Shown here one piece after another: positions 28,572 to 36,664 of a DNA stretch of 64,000 nt (positions within the stretch are counted from its first letter, which is position 1; every line of letters starts with the position of its first letter). This stretch comes from an uncultured Clostridium sp. Its GTDB lineage: Bacteria; Bacillota; Clostridia; Oscillospirales; Acutalibacteraceae. Location of the stretch: contig CAZNAC010000003.1 of assembly GCA_964571095.1 (NCBI GenBank), positions 11,840 to 75,839 on the forward strand. Reading direction: 5' to 3'. The translations under genes were made by a program, and so were the position numbers. The notes beneath the pieces were generated by a model, which had not been told where the DNA came from, ran no database searches, and saw nothing but the letters and a program-made list of their open reading frames with translations.

Positions 28572-29969
28572 ATGGTTTTTTCTGAACCTGTTTTTATGTT
28601 CTTATTTTTACCTATAACACTGCTGATTTATTATGCGGTTCCGTTCAGGTATAAAAATGCGGTTTTGTTTTTAACGGGACTTCTGTTTTATTCTTGGGGA
28701 GAACCGGTTTATGTGTTTATAATGATTCTTTCGACTCTTATTGACTACTTTGCCGGAAGAATTATGGCAAAATTTGATGATAACGAAAGAATCAGAAAGC
28801 TTGCATTATTAATTTCCGTTGTAATGAATCTTTCTTTGCTCGGTATTTTTAAATACAGCGGATTTTTCATTGATTCGGTCAATTCTATTTTTGGAGCTTC
28901 GCTGTATAATCCCAATCTTCCCCTGCCTATCGGCATTAGCTTTTTCACATTTCAATCAATGTCGTACACAATCGATTTATACAGAAGAAATATTACGGTT
29001 CAAAAAAGCTTTGTAAAGTTTTCCGCATTCGTTTCTATGTTCCCGCAGATTGTTGCCGGTCCGATAGTCCTCTATGACGATGTTGCAAAAGAGCTTGAAG
29101 AACGCAAAATCAACTTTGAAGATATAAGCGAAGGAATCTCGATTTTTATCTGCGGTCTTTGCAAAAAGGTTTTGATTGCCAATTCCGTCGGTGAGCTTTG
29201 GACCGACATTAAGGCGATGGATTATTCCTCTCTCCCACTTGCAACAGCTTGGCTCGGAATTATTGCTTTCACGCTTCAGATTTATTTTGATTTTTCAGGA
29301 TATAGCGATATGGCGGTAGGACTCGGAAAAATGCTCGGCTTCCATTTCCCGAAAAATTTCGATTATCCTTACAACTCAAAAACCGTCAGCGAATTTTGGC
29401 GAAGATGGCATATGACACTCGGCGGTTGGTTTAAAAGCTATGTTTATTTTCCTCTCGGCGGAAGTCGCAATGGAAAAGCAAAAACTATTCGTAACCTTTT
29501 CATAGTTTGGTTTTTAACCGGATTATGGCACGGAGCAAGCTGGAATTTTATTATCTGGGGACTTTATTACGGAATAATACTTATCCTTGAAAAGTTTGTT
29601 TTTTCCTCTGTAATAAAAAAGCTTCCCGATTTTGTTACAAGAATTTATACATTGCTTGCCGTTGTTATCGGTTGGGTAATATTTGAAATCACCTCACCCA
29701 TCGATGAGCTTGGATTTATCGGTGCTATGTTCGGATTCGGCGGCTCTTTATTCGACGGATTCACTTTAAACGTTCTTCATAACTATTCTGTAATCCTCAT
29801 TGTTGCAGCAATTACCGCAACAGGTTTGCCTTTGAAGCTTTGGAAAAAATTTGTTTCCAACAAAAAGCTTGACGGAGTTTGTATTACCGGTGAAATTGCG
29901 GGAATGGCAGCTTGCATAGCTTATCTTGTTGATGCATCGTATAATCCGTTTTTATATTTCAATTTTTAG
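28572..29969 (+). CDS. MBOAT family O-acyltransferase (AlgI/DltB/PatA-like)
   Basis: Polytopic protein with motifs FWRRWHMTLGGWFKSYVYFPLGGSR and GLWHGASWNF, which contains the conserved MBOAT His. Confidence 0.88.
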   Translation: MVFSEPVFMFLFLPITLLIYYAVPFRYKNAVLFLTGLLFYSWGEPVYVFIMILSTLIDYFAGRIMAKFDDNERIRKLALLISVVMNLSLLGIFKYSGFFIDSVNSIFGASLYNPNLPLPIGISFFTFQSMSYTIDLYRRNITVQKSFVKFSAFVSMFPQIVAGPIVLYDDVAKELEERKINFEDISEGISIFICGLCKKVLIANSVGELWTDIKAMDYSSLPLATAWLGIIAFTLQIYFDFSGYSDMAVGLGKMLGFHFPKNFDYPYNSKTVSEFWRRWHMTLGGWFKSYVYFPLGGSRNGKAKTIRNLFIVWFLTGLWHGASWNFIIWGLYYGIILILEKFVFSSVIKKLPDFVTRIYTLLAVVIGWVIFEITSPIDELGFIGAMFGFGGSLFDGFTLNVLHNYSVILIVAAITATGLPLKLWKKFVSNKKLDGVCITGEIAGMAACIAYLVDASYNPFLYFNF

Positions 29970-29978
29970 GAGCATCCA

Positions 29979-31097
29979 ATGAAAACTAAGCTTCTCAGAA
30001 TTTTTATCTTTTTTCTCATTATTCTTATTATTCCGATTTTTACCTTTTTCGGTAAAAAAGAAACAGTAAGCTATAATGAAAACAAAACGCTTGCCGAACT
30101 TCCGACACTATCCTTTGAAAGTTGGAAGAATCGCTCGTTTATGACAGGACTTGCAGATTATTTTTCGGATCATTTTGTTTTAAGAGAAGATTTTATAAAA
30201 TTAAAAAATTCAATAGAAAAAGCAATAGGAAAAAATGAAATTAACGGTGTGTTTGAATATAACGGAAATCTTATTCAAACGTTCAAAAACATCGATTATA
30301 AGCTTACAGACAGAAACATTGCATCGTTAAATAAACTTAAAAAACGTTACGACAGCACTCCGTTTTACTTTGTTCCGGTTGTAACGGCACAGCAAAAGTA
30401 TTCTGAATTTCTTCCCGAATATCTTAATCTCAATAACGAAAAAGAATATGTTGATTACTGCTTCAATAAGCTTACCGGAATCGAAAAAATCGATGTCTCT
30501 GCCGAAATATGCGAAATCGATTATTCCTTTTATAAAACCGATCATCATTGGACTACTGATGCGGCATATGAAGCATACAGAAAGCTCGGCGATTATCTCG
30601 GTTTTAAAGCAATGGACAAAGAATATTTTCAGATCGAAACGATTTCCGACAGCTTCAAAGGCACTCTTTATTCAAAAACCCTGAACGAAAAAATCTTATC
30701 GGACAGTATTGTAGCATATAAAAGTAATTCCGATTTCACATTAAAAATCAAAGATGATGAATATGATTCGTTATATTTTGATAAGTTTTTGAATGAAAAA
30801 GATAAATATTCCTATTTTCTTTCCGGTAATCACGGAATCTGCGTTATCGAAAACAAAGGGATTTCACAGGATAAAGAATTACTTGTTATAAAAGACAGCT
30901 ACGCAAACTGCTTAATTCCTTTTTTGGCAGAGCATTATTCAAAAATAACACTTGTTGATCCGAGATACTGTTCACACACCCAAATAAAAGAAATTGAGCC
31001 GTCAAGCTATAGTGCGGTTCTTGTTCTGTTTAATGTTTCCGGATTTTCACAGGAACAAAGCTTCTCACTAATTGAATTTATGGGAGATAAACAATGA
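29979..31097 (+). CDS. DHHW family protein (AlgJ/AlgX/PatB-like extracytoplasmic acyltransfer partner)
   Basis: N-terminal TM anchor and the eponymous motif YKTDHHWTTDAAYEAY. It lies directly downstream of the MBOAT gene. Confidence 0.8.
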   Translation: MKTKLLRIFIFFLIILIIPIFTFFGKKETVSYNENKTLAELPTLSFESWKNRSFMTGLADYFSDHFVLREDFIKLKNSIEKAIGKNEINGVFEYNGNLIQTFKNIDYKLTDRNIASLNKLKKRYDSTPFYFVPVVTAQQKYSEFLPEYLNLNNEKEYVDYCFNKLTGIEKIDVSAEICEIDYSFYKTDHHWTTDAAYEAYRKLGDYLGFKAMDKEYFQIETISDSFKGTLYSKTLNEKILSDSIVAYKSNSDFTLKIKDDEYDSLYFDKFLNEKDKYSYFLSGNHGICVIENKGISQDKELLVIKDSYANCLIPFLAEHYSKITLVDPRYCSHTQIKEIEPSSYSAVLVLFNVSGFSQEQSFSLIEFMGDKQ

Positions 31098-31185
31098 TAA
31101 AATTATTTTCAAAAACAATATCGCCTTCAACCTGCTGCACTGCTATGGCAACAGGCTTTACTCCCTATTTTCTATAACTATCCTT

Positions 31186-31217
31186 ACCGTCATCTTTTTT
31201 TGATGACGGTTTTTTTA
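31186..31217 (+). terminator. Rho-independent terminator after the DHHW gene
   Basis: Stem accgtcatc / gatgacggt, T7 loop, then T7 tail. Confidence 0.75.
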
Positions 31218-31325
31218 AAAAATAAGCATTTTTTTGAATTTGAGGATTTAAAAATCACACTATATATGTTATTATATAAGATAAAGTAATATTTAATAAG
31301 TTAATAATTGTTATTGGAGGAATAT

Positions 31326-32231
31326 ATGAAGCACTTACTTAAACTTATGGATTTGAGCACCAATGAAATCAACGAGATTCTTAATCTTGCCGATCAGCTC
31401 AAATACGAAAAAAAGAACGGAATCGAGCACCATCTTCTCAAAGGAAAAACATTGGGAATGATTTTTGCAAAATCTTCAACCCGAACAAGAGTTTCTTTTG
31501 AAGTCGGAATGTATGACCTTGGCGGAACGGCTCTTTTCTTAAGCTCTCACGATATTCAGCTTGGCAGAGGAGAACCCGTTAACGATACCGCACGAGTTCT
31601 TTCCGGTTATCTTGACGGAATAATGATCAGAACCTTTGACCAGAGCGATGTTGAAACTCTTGCTCAATTCGGTTCGATTCCCATTATTAACGGTTTAACG
31701 GATTATTGTCATCCCTGTCAGGTTCTTGCCGACCTTATGACGATTCGTGAATGTAAAGGCTCTATCAAGGGTGAAAAGCTTTGCTACATCGGCGACGGTA
31801 ACAATATGGCAAACTCTCTTATTGTCGGCGGAATTAAAATGGGTATGTCCGTCAGCATCGCTTGTCCCGAAAACTATAAGCCCGATGCGGAAATTATGAA
31901 ATGGGCAAGCGAAAACGGAGATTTCACCTGCACAACCGATATTCTTGCCGCCGCAAAGGATGCAGATGTTCTGTATACCGATGTTTGGGCATCTATGGGA
32001 CAGGAAGACGAAGCGGAAGAAAGAAAGAAAATCTTCAAAGGATACCAAATCAACGATGATGTTATGGCGGTTGCAAAGAATGATGCAATGGTTCTTCATT
32101 GCCTTCCCGCTCACCGTGAAGAAGAAATCACCGCAAAGGTTTTTGAAGCTCACGCAAATGAAATTTTTGAAGAAGCCGAAAACAGACTTCACGCACAAAA
32201 GGCGGTTCTCGTTAAGCTTCTGAAGGATTAA
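31326..32231 (+). CDS. argF: Ornithine carbamoyltransferase
   Basis: STRTRVSFE (carbamoyl-phosphate site), HPCQVLADL, DVWASMGQE (SMG loop, ornithine-specific) and HCLPAHR. Start ATG 31326 follows GGAGG. Confidence 0.9.
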   Translation: MKHLLKLMDLSTNEINEILNLADQLKYEKKNGIEHHLLKGKTLGMIFAKSSTRTRVSFEVGMYDLGGTALFLSSHDIQLGRGEPVNDTARVLSGYLDGIMIRTFDQSDVETLAQFGSIPIINGLTDYCHPCQVLADLMTIRECKGSIKGEKLCYIGDGNNMANSLIVGGIKMGMSVSIACPENYKPDAEIMKWASENGDFTCTTDILAAAKDADVLYTDVWASMGQEDEAEERKKIFKGYQINDDVMAVAKNDAMVLHCLPAHREEEITAKVFEAHANEIFEEAENRLHAQKAVLVKLLKD

Positions 32232-32252
32232 TCAGCTCAAGGGGGTATTAAT

Positions 32253-35200
32253 ATGCCAATTAATAAAAACATAAAAAAAGTAATGGTTATCGGTTCTGGC
32301 CCTATCGTTATCGGTCAGGCGGCGGAATTTGACTATGCGGGAACACAGGCTTGCCGTGTTCTTAAAGATGCAGGTCTTAATGTTGTTCTTGTTAACTCAA
32401 ATCCCGCAACAATAATGACCGATAAGGCTCTTGCAGACGAAATCTATCTTGAACCGCTTACCGCCGAAACTGTCAAAAGAATTATAGAAAAAGAAAAACC
32501 CGACAGTCTTCTTGCCGGTCTTGGCGGACAAACCGGCTTAACAATTGCAATGCAGCTCAGCAAAGACGGTTATCTTGACAAGATGGGCGTTAAGCTTCTC
32601 GGAACAAATGCCGAAGCTATTGATAAAGCTGAAGACAGAAAAATGTTCAGAGATACTATGGAATCCATAAATCAACCCGTTATTCCGTCTGAAATTGCAA
32701 ACGATGTTGAAACCGCACTTGAAATAGCCGAAAAAATCGGTTATCCCATAATCATCCGTCCTGCATTTACGCTCGGTGGCGGCGGCGGCGGTGTTGCGTA
32801 TAATCCGGACGAGCTTGCAGTTATAGCAAAAACAGGACTTGACCTCTCCCCCATCACTCAGGTTCTTGTTGAAAAATATATTTTCGGTTGGAAAGAAATT
32901 GAATTTGAAACAATGCGTGACAGTGCCGGAAACTGTATCGCCGTTTGCAGTATGGAAAACTTCGATCCCGTCGGAATACATACCGGCGACAGTATTGTTG
33001 CTGCTCCTGCACTTTCGCTCACAGATGAAGAATTTGCAATGCTCCGCAAAGCTTCTCTTGATATCGTTGATGCTTTGGGTATTATCGGCGGCTGTAACTG
33101 TCAATTTGCACTTGATCCTAACAGTATGAATTATGCTGTTATTGAAGTTAACCCCAGAGTTTCGCGTTCATCCGCTCTTGCAAGTAAGGCAACAGGTTAT
33201 CCTATTGCAAAGGTTACCGCAATGCTCGCACTCGGAATTACTCTTGACGAAATTAAAAACGATGTTACGGGACTTAACTGTGAAAAATTTGAACCCGACG
33301 TTAAATACATTGTTGTTAAGCTTCCCAAATGGCCGTTTGATAAATTCGGAAATGCAAGCCGCAGGCTCGGTACTCAAATGAAGGCAACCGGCGAAGTTAT
33401 GTCGATCGGTCCTACATTTGAAAATGCAATAATGAAAGCTGTCAGGGGTGCGGAAATTTCTCTTGACACTCTCAACGCAACACCTAAGGTTAAAGCTCCT
33501 CTTGAGGACAGATTGAGAAACACCGATGATATGCGTCTTTTCTCTGTCTTTGAAGCAATCAAGAGTGGAATGCCGATTGAAAAAATTCACGATATAACCA
33601 AAATAACCGAATGGTTCCTTTATAAGCTTAAAAATCTTGCTGATTTTGAAAAATCAATTGAAAACGGCAATCTTACCGAGGAGCTTTATAATCAAGGAAA
33701 GAACTACGGTTATACAGATGCAGCACTTAAACGCCTTTCCGGTGTTAAGGAGCTTGCCTTCCATAAGGATGCCGTTTATAAAATAGTTGACACCTGTTCA
33801 GCTAACTTTCCCGTTGCCGCACCTTATTTTTACTCGGTATACGATGAAAAATGTGAAGCAAGACCTTTCCTTGAAAACAACAAAAAGAAAAGAATTATCG
33901 TTCTCGGTTCCGGTCCCATCAGAATCGGTCAGGGTATTGAATTTGACTATTCATCGGTACATTGCGTATGGACTCTTAAAAAGCTCGGCTATGAGGTTGC
34001 CATTATCAATAACAATCCCGAAACCGTTTCAACCGATTACGATACTGCGGACAGGCTTTATTTTGAACCGCTTACTCCGGAAGATGTTATGAACATCATT
34101 AAAGTTGAAAAACCCATCGGCGTTGTTGTTGCATTCGGAGGTCAAACCGCAATAAAGCTTACGAAATTCCTCGATGAAAACGGAATTACCATTCTCGGAA
34201 CATCTGCCGACGGAATCGACACAGCGGAGGACAGAGAGCGTTTTGATGAGCTTCTTGAAAAATTCGCTATCCGCAGACCTAAAGGTATGGGCGTTATGTC
34301 AAAGCAGGAAGCACTTAACGCAGCCAATACTCTCGGCTACCCCGTTCTTCTTCGTCCCTCCTATGTTATCGGCGGACAAAATATGACAATTGCTCACTCC
34401 GATGCCGATGTTGAGCACTATATGGATATTATTCTTTCGGGTGAAATCGAAAATCCTGTTTTAGTTGACAAATATATGATGGGTACCGAATTGGAGGTTG
34501 ACGTTATTTCCGATGGTAAGGACGTTCTTATTCCCGGAATTATGGAGCACGTTGAAAGAGCAGGCGTTCACAGCGGTGACTCAATTGCCGTTTATCCTCC
34601 GTACAACCTCAATGACAAGATGCGTGAAAATATCTGCGATGTTTCCGAAAAGCTTGCACTTTCGCTCGGTACAAAAGGTCTTGTTAACATTCAATACCTT
34701 ATTTATCATAATCAGCTTTATGTTATCGAGGTTAACCCCAGAGCATCAAGAACTATCCCCTATATAAGCAAGGTAACCGGTGTTCCTATGGTTGACATCG
34801 CATCAAAGGTTATGATCGGTCAGTCACTTAAAGAGCTTGGATATGGCACAGGACTTTACAAAACGCCTCCTTATTATACGGTTAAGGTTCCCGTATTCTC
34901 TTTTGAAAAGCTTTCGGACGTTAACTCAATTCTCGGTCCCGAAATGAAATCAACCGGCGAAGTTCTCGGTATAGGAAAAACAACCGCCGAAGCACTTTAC
35001 AAAGGATTAACCTCGGCAGGTTTCAAAATTCAGCTCCCGACTGCCGATAAAAATATCGGTATTCTTCTCAGCGTTGACAGCCACGATATGCTTGATGCTG
35101 TTTCACTTGCCAAAAAGCTTGATGACCTCAAGATTAAAATTTACGCAACCAAAGAAACAGCCGACGCAATTTCACAGCTCGGAATCGATGTTGAGTACGT

Positions 35201-36293
35201 TAACAGCAGACACGATGATAACTCCGAAATTTACAAGCTTCTTGAAAGCGGAAAAATTGACTACGTTGTTTATACCGGAGCACTTCAAGATTCAACAATG
35301 GGTGACTACATAGCACTTCACAGAAGAGCTGTTCAGCTTTCAATTGCCTGCATCACCTCTCTTGATACGGCGAACGCTCTTGCCGATATCATTGCAAGCC
35401 GTTTCAACCAGCAAAACACCGAGCTTGTTGATATCAATAATATGCGTTCGGAAAGAAAGTCACTTAAATTTGCTAAAATGGATGCATCCGGAAATGACCA
35501 TATTGTTATTGAAAACTTTGACAATTCTATCACTTGCCCCGAGAGTCTTTGCGTAAGCCTTTGCGACAGAAACCACGGAATCGGAAGCGACGGCGTTATC
35601 CTTGTTGAAAAATCCGATGTTGCACAGGTTAAAATGAGAGTATTTAATCTTGACGGCAGTGAAGGAAGAATGGGCGGCAACGCAATGCGTTCCGTTGCAA
35701 AATATGTTTTCGATAAAGGTTATATCGATACCGAAACAATAACAATTGAAACCGCAAGCGGCGTTAAAAGCGTTGACCTCTACACAATGAACGGAAAGGT
35801 AACCTCGGTTTGTGCAAATATGGGCAAAGCCGATCTTGATAACGCTGTTACGAGCACAATCGGTACAAACAGATTTATTGACTATCCCACTATCATCAAC
35901 GGTCAGGAGCAAAGAATTACCTGCGTTTCAATGGGCAATCCGCATTGCGTTGTTTTTGTTCCCAGAGTTGATACAATTGATATCGAGAAAATCGGTCCCA
36001 AATTTGAAAAAGCAGATATTTTTGCTCATAGAGTTAACACCGAATTTGTCAGAGTTGTTAACGAAACCACGCTTAAAATGAGAGTTTGGGAACGCGGTAA
36101 CGGTGAAACCCTTGCCTGCGGTACAGGTGCTTGCGCTGCGGCTGTTGCGGCTGTTGAAAACGGTTACTGCAAAAAGAATACAGACATAACCGTTAAGGTT
36201 AGAGGCGGCGACCTTATTGTTAACTACAGCGACGAAGGCGTTTACCTGACCGGCTCGATAAAGCTTGTTTTTGAAGGAACAGTTGAATATTAA
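32253..36293 (+). CDS. carB: Carbamoyl-phosphate synthase large subunit fused in frame to a C-terminal diaminopimelate epimerase (DapF)-like domain
   Basis: Residues 1 to about 1068 are full-length CarB: two ATP-grasp halves (VMVIGSGPIVIGQAAEFDYAG and IIVLGSGPIRIGQGIEFDYS) plus an MGS-like tail. Residues about 1071-1346 (nt 35463-36290) align end to end with B. subtilis DapF as I recall it (MRVFNLDGSEG.., SMGNPHCVVFV, WERGNGETLACGTGACAAAVAAV). It is a single uninterrupted ORF. Confidence 0.88.
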   Translation: MPINKNIKKVMVIGSGPIVIGQAAEFDYAGTQACRVLKDAGLNVVLVNSNPATIMTDKALADEIYLEPLTAETVKRIIEKEKPDSLLAGLGGQTGLTIAMQLSKDGYLDKMGVKLLGTNAEAIDKAEDRKMFRDTMESINQPVIPSEIANDVETALEIAEKIGYPIIIRPAFTLGGGGGGVAYNPDELAVIAKTGLDLSPITQVLVEKYIFGWKEIEFETMRDSAGNCIAVCSMENFDPVGIHTGDSIVAAPALSLTDEEFAMLRKASLDIVDALGIIGGCNCQFALDPNSMNYAVIEVNPRVSRSSALASKATGYPIAKVTAMLALGITLDEIKNDVTGLNCEKFEPDVKYIVVKLPKWPFDKFGNASRRLGTQMKATGEVMSIGPTFENAIMKAVRGAEISLDTLNATPKVKAPLEDRLRNTDDMRLFSVFEAIKSGMPIEKIHDITKITEWFLYKLKNLADFEKSIENGNLTEELYNQGKNYGYTDAALKRLSGVKELAFHKDAVYKIVDTCSANFPVAAPYFYSVYDEKCEARPFLENNKKKRIIVLGSGPIRIGQGIEFDYSSVHCVWTLKKLGYEVAIINNNPETVSTDYDTADRLYFEPLTPEDVMNIIKVEKPIGVVVAFGGQTAIKLTKFLDENGITILGTSADGIDTAEDRERFDELLEKFAIRRPKGMGVMSKQEALNAANTLGYPVLLRPSYVIGGQNMTIAHSDADVEHYMDIILSGEIENPVLVDKYMMGTELEVDVISDGKDVLIPGIMEHVERAGVHSGDSIAVYPPYNLNDKMRENICDVSEKLALSLGTKGLVNIQYLIYHNQLYVIEVNPRASRTIPYISKVTGVPMVDIASKVMIGQSLKELGYGTGLYKTPPYYTVKVPVFSFEKLSDVNSILGPEMKSTGEVLGIGKTTAEALYKGLTSAGFKIQLPTADKNIGILLSVDSHDMLDAVSLAKKLDDLKIKIYATKETADAISQLGIDVEYVNSRHDDNSEIYKLLESGKIDYVVYTGALQDSTMGDYIALHRRAVQLSIACITSLDTANALADIIASRFNQQNTELVDINNMRSERKSLKFAKMDASGNDHIVIENFDNSITCPESLCVSLCDRNHGIGSDGVILVEKSDVAQVKMRVFNLDGSEGRMGGNAMRSVAKYVFDKGYIDTETITIETASGVKSVDLYTMNGKVTSVCANMGKADLDNAVTSTIGTNRFIDYPTIINGQEQRITCVSMGNPHCVVFVPRVDTIDIEKIGPKFEKADIFAHRVNTEFVRVVNETTLKMRVWERGNGETLACGTGACAAAVAAVENGYCKKNTDITVKVRGGDLIVNYSDEGVYLTGSIKLVFEGTVEY

Positions 36294-36297
36294 TTTT

Positions 36298-36331
36298 ACA
36301 GGCAGTCTTGCGTTCAAGACTGCCTGTTTTT
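36298..36331. terminator. Bidirectional terminator between convergent carB and spoVM
   Basis: 12-bp stem acaggcagtctt / aagactgcctgt, followed by TTTTT on the plus strand and by an A/T-rich stretch on the minus strand. Confidence 0.8.
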
Positions 36332-36338
36332 CAGTATG

Positions 36339-36428
36339 TTAAACTTCAATTTCTTGCTTTTTTATTCCGAAAATCATTCTTAAAATTCCGCTTAGAGCCT
36401 TGGGACTGCGAACAACAACAATTTTCAT
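36339..36428 (-). CDS. spoVM: Stage V sporulation protein M (29-aa amphipathic peptide)
   Basis: Not in the ORF track because it is under 60 aa. The translation MKIVVVRSPKALSGILRMIFGIKKQEIEV resembles B. subtilis SpoVM (MKFYTIKLPKFLGGIVRAMLGSFRKD). Strong RBS AAAGGAGG lies 6 nt upstream. It sits downstream of rsgA, as in B. subtilis. Confidence 0.75.
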   Translation of the reverse strand: MKIVVVRSPKALSGILRMIFGIKKQEIEV

Positions 36429-36442
36429 TCGTGTCCTCCTTT

Positions 36443-36586
36443 TCAAAATAGTCTGCAAAGGCTCAATCCCGCAAGTATCAAAACCGCAGCAATTATCAGA
36501 ATTGCAAGTGTATAAGGGAAAAGTGCCGCAACGACCATCCCTATTGCGAAAGCTATTAACACAGAGCCTTTAGATTCATATCTCAA
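36443..36586 (-). CDS. Hypothetical 47-aa hydrophobic peptide (TTG start), tentative
   Basis: Translation is (M)RYESKGSVLIAFAIGMVVAALFPYTLAILIIAAVLILAGLSLCRLF, with two predicted TM-like stretches. GGTGA lies 5 nt upstream of the TTG. The stop is 14 nt before the spoVM ATG. There is no homology support. Confidence 0.3.
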   Translation of the reverse strand: MRYESKGSVLIAFAIGMVVAALFPYTLAILIIAAVLILAGLSLCRLF

Positions 36587-36664
36587 AAAATCACCGCCCG
36601 AAGATACAGCATGAGTCCTTGCTCATTACAGTATAATCAGCGGTGATGTTTTTCGTTACAAAAC

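Noticed and set aside
31233-31250. A possible ARG box (ArgR/AhrC operator) upstream of argF: tttGAATttgaggATTta.
   Set aside because: It matches only the outer half-site letters of the TNTGAATWWWWATTCANW consensus and the centre is not A/T-only. No second tandem box is seen. The match is too weak to call.
32538-33104. Long antisense or alternative-frame ORFs inside well-supported genes. Examples are 32538-33104, 33168-33590 and 35460-35912 in carB, 25132-25641 and 26006-26575 in proS, 38847-39359 in prkC, 61048-61647 in cdaR and 21646-22146 in the ceramidase-like gene.
   Set aside because: Their translations are low-complexity or Cys/Phe/Asn-rich with no recognisable motifs and no RBS. They mirror strongly supported genes. 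They are most simply codon-bias shadows.
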